This document shows, piece by piece, positions 25,469-34,844 of a DNA stretch of 64,000 bases. The position numbers were made by a program, and so were the translations under genes. Positions within the stretch are counted from its first letter, which is position 1. Each line of letters starts with the position of its first letter. This stretch comes from a virus, in IMG/VR virus record IMGVR_UViG_3300045988_180880, positions 1 to 64,000 of that record. One strand, written 5' to 3'. Below the pieces are notes generated by a model. It had not been told where the DNA came from, ran no database searches, and worked only from the letters and a program-made list of their open reading frames with translations.

Positions 25469-26026
25469 ATGAACAGATTTATTAATTGTGATTGTATTAA
25501 AAATAAGAAAGGTGAATTAATACCTTTATGGAAAATAGATTGGAAATTAGATAGTGAGTATCTTGATAAGGATGATCTAGAAAATAGTTTTATTGTTCCG
25601 GAAGATAGGAATATTGGTGATTTTATAGCAGAAACTGATATTGTAAAAGCTTTATGGGATTTGATAGATAAAAAAGTAGTTCCATGTAAAAGAGTTATTA
25701 AAATTTATTCAGACTCGACAGGAAGGGTTAGATTGAAAGAGGGTGATGAAATTTATGTTAAACATAAATTTAGCTCTAATGAAATTTACCCAACTAAAAT
25801 AAAAACAATAACTCAAGGAATACAAGAAAATGTTTATTATACTACAGAAAATCATCTAAAAAAGAACTGGTTAGGATCAGATACTGAAATTATAGAAGAT
25901 ACTATAGTAAATGATATCCCTGGAAATAATGTTGTTCAGATAATAATATACAGGAAACATTATGTTCTAGAAGACGGAACTGAAACTGATTACGATTATG
26001 ATTTTTTTAAATTAAAAGAAAAATGA
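25469..26026 (+). CDS. hypothetical protein (start moved to ATG 25469)
   Basis: ORF 25442..26026 trimmed because its GTG lies inside the promoter motif. Confidence 0.6.
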   Translation: MNRFINCDCIKNKKGELIPLWKIDWKLDSEYLDKDDLENSFIVPEDRNIGDFIAETDIVKALWDLIDKKVVPCKRVIKIYSDSTGRVRLKEGDEIYVKHKFSSNEIYPTKIKTITQGIQENVYYTTENHLKKNWLGSDTEIIEDTIVNDIPGNNVVQIIIYRKHYVLEDGTETDYDYDFFKLKEK

Positions 26027-26304
26027 GAGAATTTATTTATGCTAGTTACCTTCGAATTACACCAGAAGAGTTTTTTGATTTAGCAGCTGAAGAGATGAGT
26101 AAAGCTTATGAATCTTATAAATCTAGTTCAGAAGCTTATAAAGATCCTTTCCTTCGATTTTGGGTCTCTATAAATCCTAATCTAATTCCGGATAGTTATA
26201 TTGATACTTTAAAGAGGGTGTTAATTGATGAATATGGATGGAGGATTGTTGATATAGAAAAACAACTTGAAGAGGGGAAAATCTATATAAAAACTGAAGT
26301 ATAA
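26023..26304 (+). CDS. hypothetical protein
   Basis: 93-aa ORF. Confidence 0.55.
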   Translation: MREFIYASYLRITPEEFFDLAAEEMSKAYESYKSSSEAYKDPFLRFWVSINPNLIPDSYIDTLKRVLIDEYGWRIVDIEKQLEEGKIYIKTEV

Positions 26305-26444
26305 TGGTAGATGATGAAGTCCTGGAAAAATTAGTAAAACTTGGATATAAACAACCAATAAAGAAAAAGAGAATTGAGGTAGAAATAGTAGAATGGATAA
26401 GATTACATAAGAATATTATCCATTCTCGTATATCCATTTACTAA
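26304..26444 (+). CDS. short ORF (46 aa), possibly the 5' part of a frameshifted gene
   Basis: TAATG overlap with the upstream gene. The +1 frame is open from about 26397 to 26585. Confidence 0.3.
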   Translation: MVDDEVLEKLVKLGYKQPIKKKRIEVEIVEWIRLHKNIIHSRISIY

Positions 26445-26588
26445 TAAGGAAGGAGAGAAAAGATTTATATTTGCTATCCCAATGGAGAATGGTTCATTGA
26501 GTAGTAATAATCTAAACTATCCTTCTTATGAACAAGCTAGATTAGAAGGAATAAAGAGCGTATGTAATGAATTATTAAGAAAGTAATT

Positions 26589-26882
26589 ATGAAAAAGTTA
26601 TTAATAATCGTCAGTCTTGTTATAGGATTAGTGAGTTGTGATAGTAAAGGAAAAGATTTACCACAATATAAAGTAGAATATAGTAAGGAATTAGTTATAA
26701 AATCTATTGATAGAGGATTAAATTCTTATGGCGTTAGTACTGTTTATTACATCGCTGGGGACGAAATTGGTTCTAATGGAGATATTAGATTAAGTGAAAG
26801 AATTCCTAGTAGTAATAATCCAACATATAAAATAGGAGATAAAGTATTATTTTCAATTAAAAAGATAGAGAAAAATAAATGA
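26589..26882 (+). CDS. lipoprotein
   Basis: MKKLLIIVSLVIGLVSC: signal peptide plus lipobox Cys. Confidence 0.65.
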   Translation: MKKLLIIVSLVIGLVSCDSKGKDLPQYKVEYSKELVIKSIDRGLNSYGVSTVYYIAGDEIGSNGDIRLSERIPSSNNPTYKIGDKVLFSIKKIEKNK

Positions 26883-27427
26883 ATTTTTTACTAGTTTTAA
26901 TAGCATTATTATTAGTAATTGCAGTAATTTTTAAAATAATAGTTATTATAGGAGCTCTCACCAGAAATAAAGAATCTGTTTCTGGATGGGTTTCTAGATT
27001 ATATACACCAAATTATAAACCGTATAAGAAAATGGAAAAAGATAAAAAAGATCAACTTCTTGAAGAGTTGTTTATGCAAAAACTAGAAATAGATCTCGGA
27101 AAAGCAGATGGAACAAAAGATGAGGTTTATCTTGCTGATGTAGTTGAAGATGCTTTGGTTGATATCGAACTAGCCATAGAGGAAGAAGTTTCAGAGCAGA
27201 GATTTTTCATATGGCCAAAGGAAAGGGAGCGTCTAATTAAAACATGGGCTAAATTTATTCCTAATCCAGCTAATGGAGGAGATGATGATTTTATTGTATT
27301 TGATTCTTTCCGAGGTGAGTATACATTTGGGGAGAATGGATTTACTCCTTTATGTAGCTCAAAGGAATTAAACGGTTACTATAAAGACAATAACTTAGAA
27401 TATATAATTAAACAACCTAGATATTAA
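26879..27427 (+). CDS. membrane-anchored hypothetical protein
   Basis: N-terminal helix FLLVLIALLLVIAVIFKIIVIIGAL. Confidence 0.6.
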   Translation: MNFLLVLIALLLVIAVIFKIIVIIGALTRNKESVSGWVSRLYTPNYKPYKKMEKDKKDQLLEELFMQKLEIDLGKADGTKDEVYLADVVEDALVDIELAIEEEVSEQRFFIWPKERERLIKTWAKFIPNPANGGDDDFIVFDSFRGEYTFGENGFTPLCSSKELNGYYKDNNLEYIIKQPRY

Positions 27428-28117
27428 ATGAAGAGGAAAGATTATTTATATAGTATTATCTTAGATCAAAATACACCAGAACTTAGGAAAGAGTTTGAAG
27501 ATCTAGGATATTCTGAGATGGTTGGAACTGGTTTAGCCTTTAATCCAGATAAAGGAAATTGTATTATTACTTGTGCAGAGACTGGAGAATATGCAGCTAT
27601 AACTCGAGAAGCTATTAAATTTTCTTCATCTGGAAAAGTATCTCTTGTAAAAAGAATTCAATGTGGAGTAACTAAAGAACTAGCTCTTGGGATAGCTGCT
27701 CTTAGAGGAGATACAGATTTCGGACAATGGTTTACTAATGGAGAAGATTGGATAAAAGATAATCAAAAGAAAGGTTATCATAAAGCAACCATAAATGAAC
27801 TTCAAGATAAATTTCCTAGAGAAGGTATTCAATTTCTTAATTCAGCTTATATCGGAAAAGTTAGTAAGGATATAATTGAACTTCTAGAAGATGTTGGTTA
27901 TTATGATAGTAAAATAATTGATGGAGCACGTGATATTAAAGATTGGAAGGATTTTTCAGATTGTGGAATATGTACCTCTAATCATGGAAGCTACACAATT
28001 ATTCATAAATCATGTTGGGAAACAGCAAATCCTCATGTAACTTGGAACTGTGCAGGAAGAATTGATTGTGGGATTGATGAAGTTAGATTTTATCAAGTTA
28101 TTACACCTAGATTATAA
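27428..28117 (+). CDS. hypothetical protein
   Basis: 229-aa ORF. Confidence 0.6.
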   Translation: MKRKDYLYSIILDQNTPELRKEFEDLGYSEMVGTGLAFNPDKGNCIITCAETGEYAAITREAIKFSSSGKVSLVKRIQCGVTKELALGIAALRGDTDFGQWFTNGEDWIKDNQKKGYHKATINELQDKFPREGIQFLNSAYIGKVSKDIIELLEDVGYYDSKIIDGARDIKDWKDFSDCGICTSNHGSYTIIHKSCWETANPHVTWNCAGRIDCGIDEVRFYQVITPRL

Positions 28118-28461
28118 TGGTTAAGGAGTTAGGTATAATTCGAAGTGGTTCTGGTGGAATAATTGGATGTAAATCAGCGGCAGATCAAGTATACTATTAT
28201 AATTTAACTATAGAAATCTTAAAATATTTCTCAGCATTTCAGATAGATAATAAAATTATAGTTACTTATGAAGATGTAGAACATATAGATAGAGTAGAAT
28301 TATCAAGAATTAGCTCTGGTTTTTACTTAGATATTTATTATGATTTATTTATTCATACTAGATTAATGATCTTAGATGATGAAATTCCAAACTCTCTTAA
28401 GTATAATTGGAATGTGAGAACTGAAAGAAATTTACATGAAACGATATTTATTTTTAATTAA
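28117..28461 (+). CDS. hypothetical protein
   Basis: 114-aa ORF. Confidence 0.55.
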   Translation: MVKELGIIRSGSGGIIGCKSAADQVYYYNLTIEILKYFSAFQIDNKIIVTYEDVEHIDRVELSRISSGFYLDIYYDLFIHTRLMILDDEIPNSLKYNWNVRTERNLHETIFIFN

Positions 28462-28467
28462 AGAAAG

Positions 28468-29541
28468 ATGTTAGAATTAAAAGCTGTAGAATTTTTAAAA
28501 GAACTGTTGGGATCGTATAGTCCTAGCGGTTTTGAACAGGAAGCAACTAGGGTATTTAAAGATTATTGTTCTAAGTTTGCGATAGAAGAGTTTACTGATA
28601 AAATGGGAAATGTAGCATTTAAGGTAGGTTCAGGGAGTAAGAAAGTAATGATTTCTGCACATATTGATGAACTTGGAATGATGATACAAAATGTTACAGA
28701 CCAAGGAATGCTAAATATTATTAATCTTGGGGGAATAGATAAAAAAGTTCTCCCAGGAAGTATAGTTAAAATTTCTAAAATTGGTCACCCAGGAGAATAT
28801 GTAACAGGTATTATTGGGAAAAAGCCAATTCATGTAGAGTATGATGATAATAGCAAAAATGAATTAATTCCTATTGAAGATCTTCTTGTTGATATCGGCG
28901 CTGAATCTAAAGAAGAAGCTATGAAGTTAGTAGAGATAGGTAGTAGAGTTGTTTTTGAAGCAAATTTTATAGAACATCTTGGGAAGAATCGATTTGCATC
29001 TAAAGGACTAGATGATAAGATTGGAGTATTTATTGTTGCTGAAGTCTTAAGGAACGTGGTGAATTATGAAGCCTTTAAGGAACTTTTTGATGAATATACT
29101 TTTTATGGCGTGGCGAATACTCAGGAGGAAGTAGGTCTAAGAGGTGCAATGGTAACAAGTAAAAGAGTAAATCCTGATATTTCGATTGATATAGATGTTA
29201 CTTTCGCCACGGATGAAGGTAGAGGAATAAAACCTGAGTCCTATGGAGATATAGAACTTGGGAAAGGACCTGTTATCATGAATGGACCTGATAAATCTTG
29301 GAATCTTCGCTGTAAAATGATCGGAGTTGCTGAGATTAATGAAATTCCATATCAACTTGCAGCTTCATATGCAGGAGGAACAAATACTTCAGCAATTCAA
29401 GAAGGTGCTTTTGATTGTGAAACTATGTTAGTATCTATTCCTCAACGAAATATGCATACTCAAGTTGAAGTATGTGATTATCGAGATGTGGAAGGTGCTA
29501 TAAATCTAATCTCCAAGACATTATTAGAGATTACAAAATAA
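28468..29541 (+). CDS. M42 family metallopeptidase (glutamyl aminopeptidase/FrvX-like)
   Basis: SAHIDELGMMI, KGLDDKIGVF, NTQEEVGLRGA. Confidence 0.85.
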   Translation: MLELKAVEFLKELLGSYSPSGFEQEATRVFKDYCSKFAIEEFTDKMGNVAFKVGSGSKKVMISAHIDELGMMIQNVTDQGMLNIINLGGIDKKVLPGSIVKISKIGHPGEYVTGIIGKKPIHVEYDDNSKNELIPIEDLLVDIGAESKEEAMKLVEIGSRVVFEANFIEHLGKNRFASKGLDDKIGVFIVAEVLRNVVNYEAFKELFDEYTFYGVANTQEEVGLRGAMVTSKRVNPDISIDIDVTFATDEGRGIKPESYGDIELGKGPVIMNGPDKSWNLRCKMIGVAEINEIPYQLAASYAGGTNTSAIQEGAFDCETMLVSIPQRNMHTQVEVCDYRDVEGAINLISKTLLEITK

Positions 29542-29553
29542 AGAAAAATAATT

Positions 29554-29575
29554 AGAGGACTTTTTACAGTCCTCT
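29554..29575. terminator. bidirectional hairpin terminator
   Basis: AGAGGAC-TTTTTACA-GTCCTCT plus a T-run. The loop word TTTTTACAG is shared with the hairpin at 2051-2077. Confidence 0.7.
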
Positions 29576-29580
29576 TTTTT

Positions 29581-30117
29581 TTATATTTCTATTTTCCCTA
29601 GATTAATAGGTTTTTCATAATTTCCATTTACTTTAGAATTCCATATATTATAAAATAATTCTCTATAATTTTCTCTAACTTGATATACATCTCCATAAAT
29701 AATTCCTAGTACATTATAGTTATTTTCACCAAACATTCCAATCACTTTAACAAGTTTAGAACGCATTTTATTTTCAGAGAAAATGGATTCTTCATAATTC
29801 ACAGGATAAAAATTAAGAATCCTTCTCTTATAAAACCCTAATTGTTTTTCTTTTATTGAGTTAAGAAAGTAAATAACATGTCTTCCTAATAATCTTTCTG
29901 AAAAATTATTATCTACTAGTATATTATCTCCAAACACTTTTTGATCTTTTATATAAAGTCCTAATACTGGATGTTGATCTACTGATGAAGAATCTATAAT
30001 ATATTTCTTCAATTCAATTCCATAAGTATTTCTCTTCTCCATCCATTCTTTCATGATAAAACTTCTAACTCTAGGGTTTAAATTTTTTGATAACTTAGCT
30101 TCATAACATCTAATCAT
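29581..30117 (-). CDS. hypothetical protein (start moved to ATG 30117)
   Basis: The track start GTG 30138 lies inside the promoter motif. The next in-frame ATG is 18 nt after the motif. Confidence 0.55.
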   Translation of the reverse strand: MIRCYEAKLSKNLNPRVRSFIMKEWMEKRNTYGIELKKYIIDSSSVDQHPVLGLYIKDQKVFGDNILVDNNFSERLLGRHVIYFLNSIKEKQLGFYKRRILNFYPVNYEESIFSENKMRSKLVKVIGMFGENNYNVLGIIYGDVYQVRENYRELFYNIWNSKVNGNYEKPINLGKIEI

Positions 30118-30135
30118 AATTCTTTTATTTATTTT

Positions 30136-30146
30136 CACATATAAGG
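30136..30146 (-). promoter_or_regulatory. recurrent promoter-like motif (minus strand CCTTATATGTG)
   Basis: Back to back with the plus-strand copy at 30158, forming a divergent pair. Confidence 0.5.
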
Positions 30147-30157
30147 AACTTGGATTT

Positions 30158-30168
30158 CCTTATAAATG
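30158..30168 (+). promoter_or_regulatory. recurrent promoter-like motif CCTTATAAATG
   Basis: 15 nt upstream of ATG 30184. Confidence 0.5.
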
Positions 30169-30183
30169 TAATAAAATAATCAT

Positions 30184-30342
30184 ATGAAAAAGAAGAAAAA
30201 GAAATTAATCTCCCTAGCCGAAAAAGTTAGGAGAGATAATGAAATTAAAGAAACAGGAAAGTTAGTATCCTTAAGACCTAGTATCACTCATAAAAGTAAA
30301 AAAGATTATTCACGTAAGTGGAAACTCGAAGATTATGAATAA
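30184..30342 (+). CDS. small basic protein (52 aa)
   Basis: MKKKKKKLISLAEK.... Its stop overlaps the start of 30335. Below the ORF-track cut-off. Confidence 0.45.
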   Translation: MKKKKKKLISLAEKVRRDNEIKETGKLVSLRPSITHKSKKDYSRKWKLEDYE

Positions 30343-30697
30343 TAGGAAAGAATTAATAGAGTTAAATAAACTTTATAGGAAACGTTTAGTAGATTCAGTA
30401 ATAACTAAATTACTTAAAGTCCTTGAATTTACTGGATTAGATACACTTGAAGATCTTGTATTTGATTATAAGAGTTTAGAATCTAAATCTATATCAGGAA
30501 ATATTCAAAAATTATATTATGTAAACAAAACATTTAATTATATTAAAGTTGATATGGATTATGGAGAGTACTCTAAACATAATTTGGATATAGAGGATTT
30601 AGATACTACAGATTTAGAGATTATTGTATTTAATAATATTATCGGATATTATAAAGAGAATAAATTAATAAAAATAGCAAAAGATTATGAAGATTAA
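30335..30697 (+). CDS. hypothetical protein
   Basis: 120-aa ORF. Confidence 0.6.
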   Translation: MNNRKELIELNKLYRKRLVDSVITKLLKVLEFTGLDTLEDLVFDYKSLESKSISGNIQKLYYVNKTFNYIKVDMDYGEYSKHNLDIEDLDTTDLEIIVFNNIIGYYKENKLIKIAKDYED

Positions 30698-31334
30698 AAA
30701 ACCCTTTACAACTGCTGGATCTGGGAAGATCTATTTTATTTCAGATCTTCATTATGGTCATGAAAATGTAATAAAATATGATTCTCGACCTTTTAAAGAT
30801 GTAACTGAAATGAATAATTATATCTTAGAGGAACTTAAAAAAACTAAAGAAGAAGATATTATATTCGATTTAGGTGATATGTTTTGGAAAATGCCTGTTG
30901 ACGATATAAAAGATGTCTTAAATCAGATTCCTTGTAAAAATATTTATAAAATTGTTGGGAATCATGATAACTATGGACTTTATTTTGATCAGGCACCACT
31001 TAAAGGGTATTTCAAAATAATCTCTGATATTCTTGATGTTCATATAGAGCATTTAGGAAAAGATTATATGGTAACTATGTGTCATTATCCCTTTGTATCT
31101 TGGAATCATAAACCTCATGGATCTATTCACTTATTTGGTCACGTTCATGGTCACCTTACTGAATATATTAATAGTATTTATGATCTTAAAGTTGATGTAG
31201 GTTTTAATTCTGAGTTAGCAAAATCTCTTGGAACCTTCTTAATACCATTCGAGGAAATTATCAAGCATTTCGATACTAAAACAGGAGGAATGAATTATAA
31301 AGAGTGGACTCTAATTAAATGTAAAGAATTATGA
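30687..31334 (+). CDS. calcineurin-like metallophosphoesterase
   Basis: ISDLHYGH, LGDMF, GNHDN, MCHYP, GHVHG. Confidence 0.8.
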   Translation: MKIKKPFTTAGSGKIYFISDLHYGHENVIKYDSRPFKDVTEMNNYILEELKKTKEEDIIFDLGDMFWKMPVDDIKDVLNQIPCKNIYKIVGNHDNYGLYFDQAPLKGYFKIISDILDVHIEHLGKDYMVTMCHYPFVSWNHKPHGSIHLFGHVHGHLTEYINSIYDLKVDVGFNSELAKSLGTFLIPFEEIIKHFDTKTGGMNYKEWTLIKCKEL

Positions 31335-31621
31335 GAACAGTTTGGATTTATTCATTACAAATATCAGATACTGGAAGAGTTTATAGAGATATTCCACCAT
31401 CTGAAGCTGAAGTTGTTGATGAATTTGGCGGTGCTCCTAGAATAGTAAAGATATTAGATACTGGAAAAGTATTAAAAAATTATCAACTTCATTATCATTT
31501 CTTTAATACTCCAAGTGAGTGTATTGAACATAGAAATAAGTATATCGAGGGTAAATTGAAATTCTTTGAAGATCAATGGAAAGCCACCGAAAGAAATCTT
31601 AAAAAACGGATAATAAAATGA
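31331..31621 (+). CDS. hypothetical protein, divergent member 1 of a four-gene tandem paralogue array
   Basis: C-terminus NTPSECIEHRNKYIEGKLKFFEDQWK. Confidence 0.5.
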   Translation: MRTVWIYSLQISDTGRVYRDIPPSEAEVVDEFGGAPRIVKILDTGKVLKNYQLHYHFFNTPSECIEHRNKYIEGKLKFFEDQWKATERNLKKRIIK

Positions 31622-31983
31622 TAACACAATTAACAGCGAAAGAAATAATGAATCTCCCTAAGGATAAAACATTTTGGTATAGTTGTATTAGTTTTAGGGA
31701 GAAAACTTTTAGATGCTCTAGTATCATAAAACCAGCAGAAATTATTTTAAAAATTGATATAGATAATTTATTATATCTTCGAAAAGTTTCTGATAATTCT
31801 GTAATTGGATCTTTTCAGGGTTATAAAGAAAGAAAAGATTCAGAATGTAAATTTTTTGTGAGAATATTCGATACTGAAGAAGAATGTAAAGAATATTATA
31901 ATGCTCAGATTCATAATACTGTAGATCGACTTCAACATTTTTATGAAGAAAAGCTTAAATATATAAAATCCAAATTAATATGA
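31618..31983 (+). CDS. hypothetical protein, member 2 of a four-gene tandem paralogue array
   Basis: FDTEEECKEYYNAQIHNTVDRLQHFYEEKLKYIKSKL. Confidence 0.6.
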   Translation: MITQLTAKEIMNLPKDKTFWYSCISFREKTFRCSSIIKPAEIILKIDIDNLLYLRKVSDNSVIGSFQGYKERKDSECKFFVRIFDTEEECKEYYNAQIHNTVDRLQHFYEEKLKYIKSKLI

Positions 31984-32330
31984 TAACAAAAGAATTATTG
32001 TTAGAATATAAAGAAAATTCCAAGTCACTTTGGTATTTTATGTTAGAATTTTCTAGTAAATCTTATAAATGTACAAGGTTAGTAAAACCCATCGAAGTCT
32101 TAGTAACTAATTGGGATGAAAAAAGTGATTATTCTCTTATTTTAAAAAGTAAAAATAAAAATCTAGTTTTCAAAAATTATCACATAAGATTTTTTCTACC
32201 ATATCTTTTTGAAACGAGAGAAGAGTGTGTAGAAGCTTATAATGCAGTTGTTCAGGATCAAAAAGACAAACTTCAACATGATTATGAAGAAAGATTGAGA
32301 TATTTAAATTCTAAAATAGAAAAATTATGA
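31980..32330 (+). CDS. hypothetical protein, member 3 of a four-gene tandem paralogue array
   Basis: FETREECVEAYNAVVQDQKDKLQHDYEERLRYLNSKI. Confidence 0.6.
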   Translation: MITKELLLEYKENSKSLWYFMLEFSSKSYKCTRLVKPIEVLVTNWDEKSDYSLILKSKNKNLVFKNYHIRFFLPYLFETREECVEAYNAVVQDQKDKLQHDYEERLRYLNSKIEKL

Positions 32331-32707
32331 AACAGCCAGAAACATATGAAGAACTTGATAAACTTATAGGACAAATATTCTGGACTTTTGGATTTTATAT
32401 TGGTCCATACAGTTATAAATTTGAAAATATAAACTCCCCACAAGAAGTAGTTTTAGGGAAAGAGGAAAGATCTGGATATAGAGGAAACACTACCTGGTAT
32501 CCTTTAAGAAACAAAACTACTAATATGATAGTTGGTTACTTTCAATTAATTCCTAATAGATATAATCTAGATAATTATAAATTATATGAATCAGAAGAGG
32601 AAGCCATTGAAAGTTGGAATTCTATTATTCAAAATCAACTAGATCGATTAGAATTTGATTATGAGAAGAAAAAGAAATATTTAAATAAAAAGATTATTAA
32701 AAAATGA
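32327..32707 (+). CDS. hypothetical protein, member 4 of a four-gene tandem paralogue array
   Basis: YESEEEAIESWNSIIQNQLDRLEFDYEKKKKYLNKKI. Confidence 0.6.
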   Translation: MKQPETYEELDKLIGQIFWTFGFYIGPYSYKFENINSPQEVVLGKEERSGYRGNTTWYPLRNKTTNMIVGYFQLIPNRYNLDNYKLYESEEEAIESWNSIIQNQLDRLEFDYEKKKKYLNKKIIKK

Positions 32708-33240
32708 ATAAGATAATAATTGATGGATATTATAAAGAAAAGGAACACTTAGGAAAAATTTCAGGTATTATTTTTAAAAACTGGGAAGATAGTGAACCTA
32801 TAGATAAAATTTCAATTATTATTAACAATTTCGATTCTTATATTCCTGGAGAATTTTATAAAAGAGAACTTCCTGGGATTGTAAAATTATTAGAAAATAT
32901 AGATCTTGATAAATTCGATACAATCATATTAGATTCTCATGTTTGGTTGTGGAATGATGAAGAATCTTTTGAAAAACCTAAACCAGGACTAGGAGCACAT
33001 CTATATGAAAAACTTGGAAGAAAGAATCTTAATATTATTGGAATTGCAAAAAGTTATTACTGTGATAATAATATGCATACTTTTTCATGTTTTCGAGGAA
33101 ATAGTAAAAATCCTTTATATGTAGATTCAATTAATCAAGATAAAGATTATTCTGAAGTTATTAAAAGTATGTATGGAAATTTTAGAATACCATACCTTAT
33201 AAAATTAGCAGATACAGAATCAAAAATAAATTTCAAATGA
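32704..33240 (+). CDS. endonuclease V-like protein
   Basis: YIPGEFYKRELPGIVKLL...FDTIILDSHV...GLGAHLYEKLG..NIIGIAKSYY parallels E. coli Nfi YIPGFLSFREYP...DLVFVDGHG...GVASHFG...PTIGVAKK. Confidence 0.6.
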   Translation: MNKIIIDGYYKEKEHLGKISGIIFKNWEDSEPIDKISIIINNFDSYIPGEFYKRELPGIVKLLENIDLDKFDTIILDSHVWLWNDEESFEKPKPGLGAHLYEKLGRKNLNIIGIAKSYYCDNNMHTFSCFRGNSKNPLYVDSINQDKDYSEVIKSMYGNFRIPYLIKLADTESKINFK

Positions 33241-34253
33241 AAATGATTTATGCAATAGAACAATTACCCAAGAAAGAAGATACTTGGGTATTTTTGGGAG
33301 GACCTATTCAAGGAGCTCCAGAGTGGCAAGAAACAGTTCCAGATATTCAGGGAGTAACTTGGATAAACCCTAGAAGAAAAGAGAAAATTTCTGGAGGTTT
33401 ATCTGATGCTGAATATAAAAAACAGGTAGATTGGGAAACAATTGGACTTAGAGTATCAGATTTTATATTATTTTGGATCCCTGAAGCTGTTGAAGATATA
33501 CCAGGAAGAGATTATGCACAAACTACTAAAATCGAACTTACCGAAAATTTAGTTAGAAAGAAAAATATAATCTTAGGAATTGCGCCGAAAATACACGGAA
33601 GAAGGTACTTGATCGAAAAAGCTAAAGCATATGGAATAAAAAATGTATATAGCTCTTTAGACGAATGTATATCTGAGTTAAAGAAAGAAATATCTAATAG
33701 AGAGTCCAGTTCAAGAGAGTTTTTTACTTCCGATACACATTTCGGCGCAGAAAGAACTTTGGAATTATCTAAACGTCCTTTCATGAATGTTGAAGATATG
33801 GATTGGACTATGGTAGAGAGATGGAATACTAAAGTTCCTCCTAAAGCTATCGTATGGCATCTTGGAGATTTTGGTGATAGAAGTTACTTGAAATATTTAA
33901 ATGGAGATATTCGATTAGTTTGTGGAAATTATGAGATTAAAGAAAAATCTGAAAGAAATCTAGATATACCTGATTTTATAGGAGAGCTTATAGATTCTGG
34001 TTTTTCAAAAGTATTCCTAACTGAAGCAGAAACAAAACTCCTAGGAAAAGAGATAGCACTTGTACATGAACCTATGAATTCTACAAAAAAGTATAATCTT
34101 TTTGGACATATTCATGGAAGACAAATGATTAAGAGATTTGGATTAGATGTAGGTGTTGATGTTCATGGTTTTGCTCCTATGTCTGCAGAAGAGGTTGAAT
34201 TTTTCTTAAATGCACTAGAAAAAGGCTATTACGACGCTGAAGTATTTTGCTAG
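33237..34253 (+). CDS. two-domain protein: unknown N-terminal domain (weakly resembling nucleoside 2-deoxyribosyltransferase) fused to a metallophosphoesterase
   Basis: C-terminal half has FFTSDTHFG, HLGDFG, CGNYE, VHEP, GHIHG. The N-terminal WVFLGGPIQGAPEWQ is only suggestive. Confidence 0.6.
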   Translation: MKMIYAIEQLPKKEDTWVFLGGPIQGAPEWQETVPDIQGVTWINPRRKEKISGGLSDAEYKKQVDWETIGLRVSDFILFWIPEAVEDIPGRDYAQTTKIELTENLVRKKNIILGIAPKIHGRRYLIEKAKAYGIKNVYSSLDECISELKKEISNRESSSREFFTSDTHFGAERTLELSKRPFMNVEDMDWTMVERWNTKVPPKAIVWHLGDFGDRSYLKYLNGDIRLVCGNYEIKEKSERNLDIPDFIGELIDSGFSKVFLTEAETKLLGKEIALVHEPMNSTKKYNLFGHIHGRQMIKRFGLDVGVDVHGFAPMSAEEVEFFLNALEKGYYDAEVFC

Positions 34254-34271
34254 TCTGATATTCCTTGAAAG

Positions 34272-34282
34272 CCTTATAAGTG
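34272..34282 (+). promoter_or_regulatory. recurrent promoter-like motif CCTTATAAGTG
   Basis: 31 nt upstream of ATG 34314, with the conserved leader AACTTAAAAGAAA. Confidence 0.55.
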
Positions 34283-34313
34283 AGAATAAAAACAAACTTA
34301 AAAGAAAAGGAAT

Positions 34314-34709
34314 ATGATAGAAAAACTTAACACACTAATGACAATATTAAGTGCATTAGGATTATTAAGAGACGGAGTAAAAAATTACATAGATGTCTCA
34401 GTTGAAAATAGTTTATCCAATGGAATAGTAGATAAACTAAAAGATAGTTATGACAACTATACAGCTATCTTAAACAAGTATGCGATTGAAGGAAAGGATT
34501 TTGATGTTCCTTCGATTAATAGAGATTACGTAATAAGAAAACTGCGATTAATAAAAACAATAGTAAACAGATTAGTCGAATATTATATCAATGAGCCAGA
34601 AACATTGAGAGATTATAAACAATCCCTCTATTTGATTGGCGCTGACATAGATAGTATATATCGAAAGTCTGTTGTTGATTATAAAACGTTTTTGCTTGCA
34701 GTTAAGTAA
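34314..34709 (+). CDS. hypothetical protein
   Basis: 131-aa ORF with its own promoter motif and terminator. Confidence 0.6.
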   Translation: MIEKLNTLMTILSALGLLRDGVKNYIDVSVENSLSNGIVDKLKDSYDNYTAILNKYAIEGKDFDVPSINRDYVIRKLRLIKTIVNRLVEYYINEPETLRDYKQSLYLIGADIDSIYRKSVVDYKTFLLAVK

Positions 34710-34712
34710 GAA

Positions 34713-34734
34713 AAGGGTGGAATTACCCACCCTT
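34713..34734 (+). terminator. intrinsic terminator
   Basis: AAGGGTGG-AATTAC-CCACCCTT followed by TATTTTT. Confidence 0.75.
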
Positions 34735-34765
34735 TATTTTTCCACCGTCTAGAAAAGACTAAAAA

Positions 34766-34776
34766 CCTTATATATG
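34766..34776 (+). promoter_or_regulatory. recurrent promoter-like motif CCTTATATATG (no ORF downstream)
   Basis: First of two perfect copies at the left edge of the ORF-free island. Confidence 0.5.
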
Positions 34777-34833
34777 AAAGGAAAATAGAGTTCCTAAGAG
34801 GTTAAAATAATACCGTCTAAGAAACCCTATTAG

Positions 34834-34844
34834 CCTTATATATG
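34834..34844 (+). promoter_or_regulatory. recurrent promoter-like motif CCTTATATATG (no ORF downstream)
   Basis: Second perfect copy, 68 nt after the first. Confidence 0.5.
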
